A stretch of DNA of 64,000 nt, taken from assembly GCA_963718875.1 (NCBI GenBank), contig OY970378.1, positions 68,396 to 132,395 of the forward strand. The letters run 5' to 3'. The DNA is from Candidatus Parcubacteria bacterium. GTDB taxonomy: Bacteria; Patescibacteriota; Saccharimonadia; UBA4664; JBIOIQ01. The notes beneath the pieces were generated by a model that was not told the origin of the DNA, did no database searches, and saw only the letters and a program-made list of their open reading frames with translations. Positions 40,965-50,134 of this stretch are shown piece after piece (position 1 is the first letter of the stretch; every line of letters begins with the position of its first letter). The position numbers and the translations under genes were made by a program.

Positions 40965-41390
40965 TTGCTGATAGCTCTCGACGCCAATATTTTTATCTAC
41001 GTTCTTGAACGTGACTATCAGTTTGGGCCGCAGGCTTTAGCTATCTTAAAAGCAGCCGAGTTGGGTACAATCGATGCTGTTACCTCTGAGCTGGTGTATC
41101 TGGAAACACTGGCAAACAGTAAACTGCAGGCTAGCGATGTTAATCGCATCAATCGATTGCTGGAACTTTCAGGAGTAGTATTTGAGCCAATTGAAAAACC
41201 GGTTGTTTTGGAGGCCGCAAGATTAAGGCGCATTTATGGGATTAAAACCCCCGACGCCATTCATATTGCCAGCGCACTTGGTGTAAAGGCTACCCATTTT
41301 GTAACCAACGACAAGCAGTTGTTGAGGCTCAAGATTGCTGGACTTGAAATAGTTTCTCTCGATCAGGCTCTTTTGTTGAGTGAAGCATGA
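40965..41390 (+). CDS. vapC: PIN-domain toxin VapC
   Basis: 141 aa; LDANIFIY ... ETLAN ... TNDK acidic residues spaced as in PIN domains. Confidence 0.65.
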   Translation: MLIALDANIFIYVLERDYQFGPQALAILKAAELGTIDAVTSELVYLETLANSKLQASDVNRINRLLELSGVVFEPIEKPVVLEAARLRRIYGIKTPDAIHIASALGVKATHFVTNDKQLLRLKIAGLEIVSLDQALLLSEA

Positions 41391-41490
41391 GGAAGAGTAA
41401 ATTCCTAATACCTAAACTCGAAATCCGAAGGGATTAACCAAAGTCTAATATTTTAAACATTTGCGCTTGAGTTATCCCTTCGGATTTCCC

Positions 41491-43572
41491 TTAAGGGGTT
41501 CCCGGCAGTCCTTGGTGTTCGATCTTACCGGTGTCAGCAATGTAGTCGTTAAAGAAGTCAACGCCAGTCATATCCCGATTGTCGAACCTTATGCTTTCTG
41601 CTGCCAAGATATTGTGGAATTCGTTGTCGGTTCGAACCTTATCTTTGAAATACGCAACGAGTTGTTGGTCAACCTTGGAGCGTTGATCAGCTGAACTAGC
41701 GATAGTACGGAAGTTGCTGAGCGCCTTTGATACACGGTCTTTTTTGCCTGCAGCAACGTCGGCTGGGTTAGCATCGGTTCCAACAGGAGCCATGATACGG
41801 TTGAAATATTTGTCGGCACCTGAACCATGGATTGATGCTACCTGAGAGGCGCTTAAACCATCATAGGCAACATGTTTTTTGCCTGGGTTAAGCATAGGAA
41901 TGGCTTGAATGGCTTGGGGCATGACGCCACTAGAGCCCATGCCTCGGAACCAGGTATCAGCTGATTCATTGCCAGTAGGTAGGCCCAAACCAGCAATGTA
42001 CTCACCTTTGTAATTGTCTCTCGTAGGATCAAAAATTTGAGCATGAATTTTATTTAGCTCAACGTTGCCGCCTTGCTTAGCAATTTGACCTATAGCTTGA
42101 GCTTGCATGGCTTTGGTAATTTTTTCCTTTTTTGTTCTACCATCTAGCCCGGTGTAAATAAAATCATTGCCGTGTCCTGCCAAAACAACTTTTTTCATTA
42201 AGTCATCATTACTAAGCCCAAGATCATCGAATCTGATGCCCCAGTCTTTCATTTGGGCGCCAATGGCAGCGTCATAGCCTTTAGCTAGTCGACGTCGACC
42301 AGGTTGTCCTAGGCCGGGTTGCCCAGCTCGGGCTCGTCCCAATGCGCGTTCCCATTTATGGCTCGCGTCACGTTGGGCAATAAAGCCCTTTTCCTGACGT
42401 GATTCTTTGATATCTTTCTTTAACTGGCCACCAAGAAAGCCTTTGGCACGATCCTGAGAGCCAAACACCCTACCGGAAACAGTTCCCATAATGCCACTGG
42501 CGATCTTGAAAGTTGCTGGTATGGCCAGGAACACTAGGATGGGGATGAGGCTGGCAAAAATAACGTTAATTTCGTGCGAGCCAAAAATGCCGTCGGTCTC
42601 GCTAGCAACTCGGGCTAGAAACCCACCGATGGAAAGCAGGATAACAATTAGCGGGTACACTAAAATAACCCGAACCATGTTTTTTACCCACTGCTTAAAG
42701 TAAACTTCGGTGTTGGGCAATACCCAAGCGGCAAAAGCCAGTGGTGAGAGTACAATTAAAACAGCAATAATTAGTTGTCTTAGGGCCAGCGTAAAGAATA
42801 CCCCCAGCACACTGATGATGAATCCACCTAGCATCAAGAGGATGGCCGGCCAGGTCAAAATAACTCCGGCTATGACAGCGGTTAGTCCGGCTATACCAAA
42901 AGTGATTATCGAACCGACATTAAAAATACCGTGAGTTATGTCTTGAGAGGTTCCGGCGGTTGTTCCTAACTGGCTCATGATGCTACCTATGCCGGCACCA
43001 GAAACATTACCGATATCAATGATGAAGGCGGTTACAAAGAAAGATACTTGCACTCCAATGGCGGCAATTATGAGTTTGGGTAAGAGGCTTTTAAGGGCGT
43101 ATGAGCCTTCAGATGAAACCATGTTTCCAAAAATTAAGGCTAGGAAAATGAGGATAAACATTACATCGGCCAAGTTTCGAATAGCTTTCCAAGCTTCGTA
43201 GAGGCCGCTGTCTTGGGTTAGCGGCTTGGTTTCAAGCATATCAATTACGAGCTTGCTAATCTTGGCCACGGTTTCAACGCCAGCATTAATAAGCGGGCAA
43301 ACAATCCAGCCCAAGCCTCCCCCGCTACATGATGGTTTGGTGTAGCTACTAGGGTCGGAATCGCCATTACCGCCGGGAAGAATTGGTGCAGTGCTAGTTG
43401 GGCTTGTAGAAGTGGGTGATGTTGTGGAGGTTGTTCCTGGTGTAGTGGTTGTGGTTGTACCAGTTGAGGTGGTTGCGGGTGCGGTTTGGGCGTACACTAA
43501 GCTCGCTTGACTCATGCAGAGCCAGGCGATAAGTAAGGTGATTAAACCGGTTGCGAACCTTCGAATGGACAT
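41491..43572 (-). CDS. VirB6/TrbL-family polytopic T4SS membrane protein with Thr-rich N-terminal region
   Basis: 693 aa; signal peptide, TTSTGTTTTTTPGTTSTTSPTSTSPTST linker, then six or more TM helices and a C-terminal cytoplasmic domain. Confidence 0.65.
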   Translation of the reverse strand: MSIRRFATGLITLLIAWLCMSQASLVYAQTAPATTSTGTTTTTTPGTTSTTSPTSTSPTSTAPILPGGNGDSDPSSYTKPSCSGGGLGWIVCPLINAGVETVAKISKLVIDMLETKPLTQDSGLYEAWKAIRNLADVMFILIFLALIFGNMVSSEGSYALKSLLPKLIIAAIGVQVSFFVTAFIIDIGNVSGAGIGSIMSQLGTTAGTSQDITHGIFNVGSIITFGIAGLTAVIAGVILTWPAILLMLGGFIISVLGVFFTLALRQLIIAVLIVLSPLAFAAWVLPNTEVYFKQWVKNMVRVILVYPLIVILLSIGGFLARVASETDGIFGSHEINVIFASLIPILVFLAIPATFKIASGIMGTVSGRVFGSQDRAKGFLGGQLKKDIKESRQEKGFIAQRDASHKWERALGRARAGQPGLGQPGRRRLAKGYDAAIGAQMKDWGIRFDDLGLSNDDLMKKVVLAGHGNDFIYTGLDGRTKKEKITKAMQAQAIGQIAKQGGNVELNKIHAQIFDPTRDNYKGEYIAGLGLPTGNESADTWFRGMGSSGVMPQAIQAIPMLNPGKKHVAYDGLSASQVASIHGSGADKYFNRIMAPVGTDANPADVAAGKKDRVSKALSNFRTIASSADQRSKVDQQLVAYFKDKVRTDNEFHNILAAESIRFDNRDMTGVDFFNDYIADTGKIEHQGLPGTP

Positions 43573-43807
43573 TGCGGTACGCTCTTCCTTGTAAGCAAGT
43601 TGACAATTGTGTCAACGATCGCGAGAATACTTTCACGCGAATTACAAAGTATACCACATTTATGGCGCTTATGGAAGAGTTTTATCTGTTGGAAGCACAA
43701 GCGTTTAAGTTTGTGAGAGGAAAACAAAACACAAGCATTTCGAGGGAAGCTCCCTCTTATTGCTTGTGTTTTGTTTTTTGCCTGATCACAAGTCCAGATT
43801 AGACTTA

Positions 43808-46522
43808 TCACGGCGGTGGCGGTGGCGGTGGCGGTGGCGGTGGCGGTGGCGGTGGCGGTGGCGGTGGCGGTGGCGGTGGCGGTGGCGGTGGCGGTGGCGG
43901 TGGCGGTGGCGGTGGCGGTGGCGGTGGCGGTGGCGGTGGCGGTGGCGGTGGCGGTGGCGGTGGCGGTGGCGGTGGCGGTGGCGGTGGCGGTGGCGGGCCT
44001 GATACAGAAGGTGGGGGCGCCTTAAGAGTTTTTGATGCACGGTCAACATGGTTGTCAAGGAAGTCTTGTAGGCTCATTTCATTACCGTTGAGAGTAATTT
44101 TGTGTGCCCGGGTGTTAACAGTAGGGTCTGACTCAAGAGCTAGAAGTGCTTCTACGCCCTTGCTTGAAAAGTTGGTTCTAGAAGTGGAATCTTCCATGAC
44201 TTGAGCGATTTGACCCATAAGGGGGTCAATTCTGCCTTCACTTGCAGCAAGCTCAACAGCTTCGGCTTGGCGCTCTTTAGAAAAATTGGCAAGCGCTTGA
44301 CCATTGGCTCCTCGGAGTTGCTCGTAGCCGTCAGGACGGAAGCCAGATTTTGCAGCCCAAGAACCATTGGATCCTTCGTGAGCATTCGACCATAGTTGCG
44401 CGGCTTTTGTTGCGTTGATCCTTCCCCCAGTTTTTGCTTTCAGCTTATTTGGGTCAAATTTACCATTTGCGCCTTGAAGACCTGCAGAAGTATGTACCAC
44501 TGCTCCAGTTTCGTCTTTCCAGTCGCCGCCTTGCATAAGTTTGGCGTATTCTGAGCTCCCTCCATTGCGCATTAGTCTTTCAAGAGCTGCTTGATACATT
44601 TGATCGTCCATTTTGGTTCCATCTGGTAATTCTCCCTTGGCCAAGGCTAAACCTAAGGCCACGTTGTCCGGGGTAAGACGCTTAAGCGTCTCGTCGTGGT
44701 CTTTGCGTCTAGCGGCCTCGGCGGCACCGATACTGGCATTCCTTCTTCGTTGGCCTGTCGGCCCATAGCTAAAAGCATTGCCCGATCCGACCCGACCCAG
44801 AACTTTTTTTATGCGGCCAGAGTCTGGGTCGCCCATCATAAGAGCGGCTTTTTCTCGGCTGGATTCTTTGGCATTTTTCATCAAGCCATTACTTCTTAGG
44901 CCCTTGCTCATTTTGCTGGCTCTCCCCTGAATGGCGCCGCTGACTGCTCCCATAAGCGTTCCCGAGGCCTTAAGGGTTTTTAATACCAAGAAAAATAAAA
45001 TGATGGGACCTAAGGATGACATAACTTGTTGGATTGGATCGCTTGCATTCCCCACCAAAGCCGGAAAGTCACTAATGATTTTGCCAGCGTAAATAAGAAT
45101 TACGATCATAGGGAACATTAGTAGTAGCTTAATTAAATTGGTGGACCACATTTTGAATAACTTTTCGGTATTGGGTAGTACCCAGGCAGCAAGTGCAATC
45201 GGAGACATTAATACCAAGAGATAGAGAATTATTATTCTGGCTTCGAGAGTAACAAATACTGCCAGGATCGAAACTAATGCACTTGCTAGTAAAAGTAACA
45301 AGGGTATTACAAGCCCTACAGCAACAGCGGCTGTGCCGGCAACAGCACCAATAGCCACAGCTTCTAGCCCTCCAAAGAATTGAATGGTACCACTATTGCC
45401 GCTACTAACGTCGTTTAAGGTGCTAAGTGGGGCTAAGAGTCCGCCTATGCCTCGTCCTAAAACATTGGTAAAGTCGATGGCAAAGGCCATAAGTACAAAT
45501 GAAAATTGCACCAAAATAACTGATAGTACTAGTCGTGGTAAAACTTTTTTAATGGTGTAGGCGTCTAAACCTAGGGCGTTACTTCCCAAAATAGCAAAGA
45601 ATATTAAGACAAAAAACACGTTGGCAATGTTTCGAATAATTACCCAGGCTTGGTAAACTGTGGTTGCGTTGCCACTACTATCTTCTGATGCCAGCGGGGC
45701 TGATTGGAGATAATTCAAAATTCTTGTTTCCAAGAAATTGACGGACCCTGTGGCCATGGAAATTAGCGGGCAAAGAATCCAACCTAACCCGCCTTGAATG
45801 TTGCATTTATCTTTAATGGAACCTGAATTTGAGGAGGCAAGACTAACTGAAGCATCGGGCGGCGTATTGCTGATAAGGACGGTACGCGTATCATTTGATT
45901 CGCATGCGTAGGTATTAAAAAATCCCACAATGGTTCTTTGAGTTTTCCTAGGGGTGAAGCGGCCAGTTTCACTGTTAGGGGCGGTTTGGACGGTGCTATG
46001 GCAGTCGCCACTGTTTTTTTGGCCGTAGATATTGGGTTCTGCTGAATTGTTTTGAAAAATTTCGGCCCCAATTTCATCATGTTGTCCGGTTTTAGCCCCT
46101 TTTAGCTCAAAATCGTAATTTGTGAAGGCCGGAGTTAAGGTGTCACCACTGGTCCTATAAAAGTAGACAGATGCTCTGGCTACTTCGCCCATTTCGAGCG
46201 GACGCTCACCGTCATATATGCAGTCAGAGTTGGCGGGATTGGAATGAAAGGAAAATAGGGTGGCTTTTGAGCTAGGATTTGGACTGCCCTCAAACCGTCC
46301 AATCCAGTTTGAGCAGGTTTTGTCGCCATTCAAATAATATTGACGTCCACTATCACCCAGAATGTTATCGATATAGACATCGTTGCCAACCTTGATATGG
46401 GCAGCGTCCAGCCAGGTGGCGTCAGCTGCATAAGCTGGAGTGGTAGGTAGGAGGACGGCGATCATGGGGATCAACACCAATAACATAAACGCTAATGCGC
46501 TTTTTTGCCTCAACCGGTTCAT
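43808..46522 (-). CDS. VirB6/TrbL-family polytopic T4SS membrane protein with large N-terminal ectodomain and ~60-residue C-terminal polyproline tail
   Basis: 904 aa; signal peptide, ~220-aa extracellular domain, multi-TM core paralogous to 41491-43572, C-terminal KAPPPSVSG(P)n encoded by the microsatellite. Confidence 0.65.
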   Translation of the reverse strand: MNRLRQKSALAFMLLVLIPMIAVLLPTTPAYAADATWLDAAHIKVGNDVYIDNILGDSGRQYYLNGDKTCSNWIGRFEGSPNPSSKATLFSFHSNPANSDCIYDGERPLEMGEVARASVYFYRTSGDTLTPAFTNYDFELKGAKTGQHDEIGAEIFQNNSAEPNIYGQKNSGDCHSTVQTAPNSETGRFTPRKTQRTIVGFFNTYACESNDTRTVLISNTPPDASVSLASSNSGSIKDKCNIQGGLGWILCPLISMATGSVNFLETRILNYLQSAPLASEDSSGNATTVYQAWVIIRNIANVFFVLIFFAILGSNALGLDAYTIKKVLPRLVLSVILVQFSFVLMAFAIDFTNVLGRGIGGLLAPLSTLNDVSSGNSGTIQFFGGLEAVAIGAVAGTAAVAVGLVIPLLLLLASALVSILAVFVTLEARIIILYLLVLMSPIALAAWVLPNTEKLFKMWSTNLIKLLLMFPMIVILIYAGKIISDFPALVGNASDPIQQVMSSLGPIILFFLVLKTLKASGTLMGAVSGAIQGRASKMSKGLRSNGLMKNAKESSREKAALMMGDPDSGRIKKVLGRVGSGNAFSYGPTGQRRRNASIGAAEAARRKDHDETLKRLTPDNVALGLALAKGELPDGTKMDDQMYQAALERLMRNGGSSEYAKLMQGGDWKDETGAVVHTSAGLQGANGKFDPNKLKAKTGGRINATKAAQLWSNAHEGSNGSWAAKSGFRPDGYEQLRGANGQALANFSKERQAEAVELAASEGRIDPLMGQIAQVMEDSTSRTNFSSKGVEALLALESDPTVNTRAHKITLNGNEMSLQDFLDNHVDRASKTLKAPPPSVSGPPPPPPPPPPPPPPPPPPPPPPPPPPPPPPPPPPPPPPPPPPPPPPPPPPPPPPPPPPPPPP
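43816..43995. repeat. perfect (GGTGGC)n hexanucleotide microsatellite, ~30 units
   Basis: About 180 bp of uninterrupted GGTGGC repeats; on the minus strand the TrbL-like ORF frame reads CCA CCG = Pro-Pro. The other frames give the artefactual RW/AV/HR ORFs in the track. Confidence 0.95.
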
Positions 46523-46594
46523 GAATACAGTTTAGCATAAAACGCTAATGGTTATGTCGCTTACTGATAACGCAACCAAAGTTATGTCCTGCCT

Positions 46595-46624
46595 TTGACA
46601 TTGTGGTTTTGCTTCGGATATGAT
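46595..46624 (+). promoter_or_regulatory. candidate sigma70-type promoter for the pilin array
   Basis: TTGACA (46595-46600), 18-nt spacer, TATGAT (46619-46624), 8 nt upstream of the first pilin ATG, in the divergent region between the TrbL gene and the pilin genes. Confidence 0.35.
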
Positions 46625-46631
46625 CTAGCTA

Positions 46632-47336
46632 ATGAAAAAGTTAACAGCTCTAATCCCAGTCCTTGCTTTTGCAGTTGTAGTCACATTGTTATTTAGTCCA
46701 CGCGCTGCATTGGCGGATGAAAAAAGTCATTTGTATGGTAACTCAATATCGGAGTGCCGACCCGGGAGCTATTTGTTGTCTGAGCAAGCTGGGCCGGCGC
46801 TCGGAAATTCCTGTTTAACGTTGAGCGATGATAGGACTACTTATTCATCCGCGCCGGCGTCATCCGGTGCTTGTCCAGACAATAGTGAGGGCGCCAGGGG
46901 ATTTAAAGCCAGGCAAGGCACCGATCCAGCGCGATGTTTTTATTTTCAAACCGGTACACTTGAAGTTTCAACCCCTTCTTTATCTACGCCCACGCCTCAA
47001 GCCGGGACATCTCAGGCGTTTCAAGGAGGCTGCAATAACGGCGGCGTCAAGCTAGGGATTAATATTAACTCGAGTGATAATAATTGCGCCGGGGGCAATG
47101 GCGTAAACCCAATTTACGCTTATTTGCGCAGTATTATCCGTTTTGTATCGGGGCTGTTTGGGATAATTGCGGTATTAATGGTAATTCTGTCTGGTTTTCA
47201 ATACATGACATCCGCTGGCAGTCCAGAGGCTGTAAAAAAAGCTAAAAGCCGCTTGGCAAATGTAGTCTTGAGCATTATTGTATTTGCCATGATGTTTGGC
47301 ATCCTTAACTACTTGATTCCGGGAGGGGTAATTTAA
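46632..47336 (+). CDS. VirB2/TrbC-like pilin paralog 1 with extended Cys-containing N-terminal domain
   Basis: 234 aa; signal peptide; C-terminal ~75 aa has the shared two-helix module (IRFVSGLFGIIAVLMVILSGFQYMTSAGSPEAVKKAKSRLANVVLSIIVFAMMFGILNYL). Confidence 0.55.
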   Translation: MKKLTALIPVLAFAVVVTLLFSPRAALADEKSHLYGNSISECRPGSYLLSEQAGPALGNSCLTLSDDRTTYSSAPASSGACPDNSEGARGFKARQGTDPARCFYFQTGTLEVSTPSLSTPTPQAGTSQAFQGGCNNGGVKLGININSSDNNCAGGNGVNPIYAYLRSIIRFVSGLFGIIAVLMVILSGFQYMTSAGSPEAVKKAKSRLANVVLSIIVFAMMFGILNYLIPGGVI

Positions 47337-47683
47337 TGCATGCGTTTAAGATTTTGGCTGCTGCATGCACGCCGGGCGGTAACAATACTAGTTTTTTGTT
47401 GCCAGATCTTTACAAGGGTTTGCGAGGGTCCGACGGTCTCTGCATTACGAGCTTAACCGCTATTGAAGTATTGCTCATGAACATAGTGCAAATAATATTG
47501 GCTTTAGCGGGACTGGCGGCGGTATTCATGGTGATTTTTGCTGGATTTACTTACATTACTTCCAATGGTAACGCTCCCCAAATTACCAAAGCTAAGGATA
47601 CGTTGATAAACTGGGCGTTTGGTTTACTTATAATTATTGGTGCTTATGCTATTGTGGGTCTAGTGGCAGGAGCTTTGAACTAA
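47336..47683 (+). CDS. VirB2/TrbC-like pilin paralog 2
   Basis: 115 aa; signal peptide + hydrophobic helix - GNAPQITKAKDT - hydrophobic helix; start overlaps the previous stop. Confidence 0.55.
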   Translation: MHAFKILAAACTPGGNNTSFLLPDLYKGLRGSDGLCITSLTAIEVLLMNIVQIILALAGLAAVFMVIFAGFTYITSNGNAPQITKAKDTLINWAFGLLIIIGAYAIVGLVAGALN

Positions 47684-47684
47684 G

Positions 47685-47990
47685 ATGGCTGTTGAATTTT
47701 TAGCTCAAGCCCAACAGCTTTGTCGGACTGCGGCTGATTGTGGCCTTCCTAATGTGGCTTTTACCAGCAGTACTTTGGGTCAAATTATTAGCTTGTTATA
47801 TAAGGTGTTGGCGGCCTGCTCAATTTTATTTCTTATGTTTGGGGCCTTTAAATACGCTGCTTCAGGTGGCGACTCAGCGGGTATAAAAAACGCCAAAGAA
47901 ACAATTTTGTACGCAGTTTTTGGCCTGATTATTAGTCTTTTAGCCTTTGTTGCGGTAACATATCTATCGAACAGAGCGGGAGGATTATAG
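47685..47990 (+). CDS. VirB2/TrbC-like pilin paralog 3
   Basis: 101 aa; ...FGAFKYAASGGDSAGIKNAKETILYAVFGLIISLLAFVAV. Confidence 0.55.
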   Translation: MAVEFLAQAQQLCRTAADCGLPNVAFTSSTLGQIISLLYKVLAACSILFLMFGAFKYAASGGDSAGIKNAKETILYAVFGLIISLLAFVAVTYLSNRAGGL

Positions 47991-48394
47991 TGATTAAGCT
48001 AAAATCGGCATTTTTGACATTGCTTGTGGCTGTTGGCCTAGGCGGTGGATTAAGTGTGGTTCTTCCCTCGCTGGCTTTGGCAGCTGATACGCCTTCGCAA
48101 ATTATCACTACTCAAGCCTGTAAAACCAATCCATCTGCCCTTGGCTGCCGTGCAAACGATAAAGTCTTTGGTGCTGGCAGCATATTTAATAACGGCATAG
48201 CCGTATTGATAGGTTTAATAGCTTCAGTCTCGGTGGTGATGGTAGTAGTTGGTGGCTTGCGTTACGTGCTTTCTGGTGGCGATTCAGCTGGTATAAAAAG
48301 CGCTAAAGATACCATTTTGTATGCATTAATTGGGTTGGGTGTGGCGTTGGTGGCGTTTTTGATTGTTGGGTTTGTAATAGGAAGAATAGGATAA
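47990..48394 (+). CDS. VirB2/TrbC-like pilin paralog 4
   Basis: 134 aa, GTG start overlapping the previous stop by 1 nt; VVGGLRYVLSGGDSAGIKSAKDTILYALIGLGVALVAFLIVGFV. Confidence 0.55.
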   Translation: MIKLKSAFLTLLVAVGLGGGLSVVLPSLALAADTPSQIITTQACKTNPSALGCRANDKVFGAGSIFNNGIAVLIGLIASVSVVMVVVGGLRYVLSGGDSAGIKSAKDTILYALIGLGVALVAFLIVGFVIGRIG

Positions 48395-48395
48395 C

Positions 48396-48812
48396 ATGAG
48401 TATTATGAAACGAAGATTTCGAGATTATATTTATACCTCCGCCTTGCTGGCTCCAGCTGTTTTGCTTGGTGGGCGAGCCCTTGCAGTAGATCCCAACTCC
48501 CCTACAGCGCAGGCTTGCACTGGTATTGGCGGTACGCTTAATGCAGCTGGTAAATGTGTGGTCGCTACCTCTAGCGGCAAGGTTGGTGATCTGGGCACAG
48601 CTTTTAAAGCAGTGGCTAACACGCTCATTTTTGTTGTAGGGGCGATTTCGATCATCATGGTTATTATTGGGGGCTTGCGCTACGTGCTTTCAGGGGGTGA
48701 TTCAGCTGGGATAAAGAGCGCTAAAGATACGGTTTTATATGCCCTCATTGGTGTGGGCGTGGCAATTGTGGCTTATGCGCTAGTTAACTTTGTCATAACT
48801 GCAATCACATAA
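48396..48812 (+). CDS. VirB2/TrbC-like pilin paralog 5
   Basis: 138 aa; IIGGLRYVLSGGDSAGIKSAKDTVLYALIGVGVAIVAYALVNFV. Confidence 0.55.
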   Translation: MSIMKRRFRDYIYTSALLAPAVLLGGRALAVDPNSPTAQACTGIGGTLNAAGKCVVATSSGKVGDLGTAFKAVANTLIFVVGAISIIMVIIGGLRYVLSGGDSAGIKSAKDTVLYALIGVGVAIVAYALVNFVITAIT

Positions 48813-48924
48813 TCCAAATTAATTTTTATTATTCTTATGCTTAAATGTTGTTTTGGCCTAGTCAAGCGTTAGCAATTGTGATACAAAGAAACAGTAAACA
48901 AGCCTTTAAGGAGAACTTATTCAA

Positions 48925-49350
48925 ATGACACAAACAATAAAATCGTTGGGTGGTAGGGCAGCTGGTGCAGCCGTATTAATAGCTACATTTGGTACTGGAG
49001 CATATGCTGGAACGCCAGTAACATGTGACCCTACAACAAGTACCGATCCTATTCAAAGCGGCGTAAACTGCAGTCAGCCTGCAGGTAGGGCTGGAAATTC
49101 CCAACTTTTTGGTGGGACCGGATCTATTTTCCAAACTGTTGCTAATACACTTATTTTCATCGTAGGAGCTGTTTCAGTAGTAATGCTTATCATCGGTGGC
49201 TTGCGTTACGTATTGTCGAGTGGTGAAGCCTCAGCTGTTAAGGGTGCTAAAGACACCATTCTTTACGCCATTGTGGGTATTGTAGTGGCTATTCTGGCCT
49301 TTGCGGCCGTATCGTTTGTGACTGGTCGATTTGGCGAGCCTACTGCTTAA
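48925..49350 (+). CDS. VirB2/TrbC-like pilin paralog 6
   Basis: 141 aa; IIGGLRYVLSSGEASAVKGAKDTILYAIVGIVVAILAFAAVSFV. Confidence 0.55.
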   Translation: MTQTIKSLGGRAAGAAVLIATFGTGAYAGTPVTCDPTTSTDPIQSGVNCSQPAGRAGNSQLFGGTGSIFQTVANTLIFIVGAVSVVMLIIGGLRYVLSSGEASAVKGAKDTILYAIVGIVVAILAFAAVSFVTGRFGEPTA

Positions 49351-49367
49351 GCTTAAAAAGTTTTTAT

Positions 49368-49406
49368 ACAAAAAAATCGCCTCTGGTAATGAGGCGATTT
49401 TTTTGA
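49368..49406. terminator. bidirectional rho-independent terminator (pilin array / hsp20)
   Basis: AAAAAAATCGCCTC-TGGTAAT-GAGGCGATTTTTTTG: perfect 8-bp GC-containing stem flanked by an A-run and a T-run. Confidence 0.8.
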
Positions 49407-49508
49407 TGGCGGATTTCTTGTTTTGATTCAGCAGACGAGAGATGGAGCCCTATAGGTGGGAACATAGTTCGTCAAACTTTTAAAAGGTTGTTAGAGGAAA
49501 GAAATTGG

Positions 49509-49967
49509 TTATCCTACTGGCTTAACCTTAATTTTCTTAACCTTATCTTGGGCAACTTTGGGGATTGTAACGGTTAATACGCCGTCTTTAAGAGCAGCTG
49601 AGGCTTTTTCGGCAATGGTGGAGGTAGGCAGAATCACTGAGCGGGAAAACGAGCCCCAATAACATTCTTGAACGTAATAATGCTCGCGGTCAACTTCGCG
49701 CTCTTCTTTGCGTTCGCCCCTTAGGGTTACAACGTCTTCGGATACACTAATGTCAATATCGTCGGCTTTAACTCCAGCAATGGGAGCCTTAATGACCACA
49801 GAGTCTTTGGTTTGGTATACGTCAACGGCTAGCTGGCCTTCTAGCTCTTCGTCACCTAGCCAATCTTCGCCCGTACTGCTGTTATTATCGAGAAACTCGT
49901 CTTGCAAGACGTCTTCATCACCGTTTGGAGCGTTTTTCTTACCCGCCATTTTTACCATTTCCTCCAT
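49509..49967 (-). CDS. Hsp20/alpha-crystallin family small heat-shock protein
   Basis: 152 aa; ACD core PAVDVYQT...VVIKAPIAGVK...ISV...VLTLRGERK...GVLTVTIPK. Confidence 0.8.
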   Translation of the reverse strand: MEEMVKMAGKKNAPNGDEDVLQDEFLDNNSSTGEDWLGDEELEGQLAVDVYQTKDSVVIKAPIAGVKADDIDISVSEDVVTLRGERKEEREVDREHYYVQECYWGSFSRSVILPTSTIAEKASAALKDGVLTVTIPKVAQDKVKKIKVKPVG

Positions 49968-50134
49968 AATTATCAGGTTTGCTACCGTCCCCTCGGGTTG
50001 CTTATTTCAGCCACTTTCCACTATTATATGCAGACCAGGGACGGAAAAGCAACACAAGCAAGCATTTGGCGCTACGCGTCGGATGCTCATAACCAAGGAA
50101 AATGGGCCATGAGGGTGGGCTTTGACTCACTAAT

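Noticed and set aside
43816-43995. Possible CRISPR array, given the highly regular repeats
   Set aside because: The units are 6 bp with no spacers and lie inside a coding region, so this is a microsatellite. No repeat-spacer architecture or cas genes appear anywhere in the window. The 7-mer arrays at 38563-38667 likewise lack spacers.
43760-44058. ORFs reading RWRWRW..., AVAVAV... and HRHRHR... across the microsatellite
   Set aside because: They are alternative frames of the same (GGTGGC)n tract. Only the minus-strand Pro-Pro frame is contiguous with a long conserved TrbL-like ORF; the others are frame artefacts.
41853-45000. Numerous short ORFs antisense to, or in other frames of, the TrbL, VirB4 and dnaA genes
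   Set aside because: They are nested within long ORFs that have clear family motifs, and have no independent signals. Examples: 42491-43201 plus-strand ORFs, 44152-44395, 37141-37842, 25031-25462.
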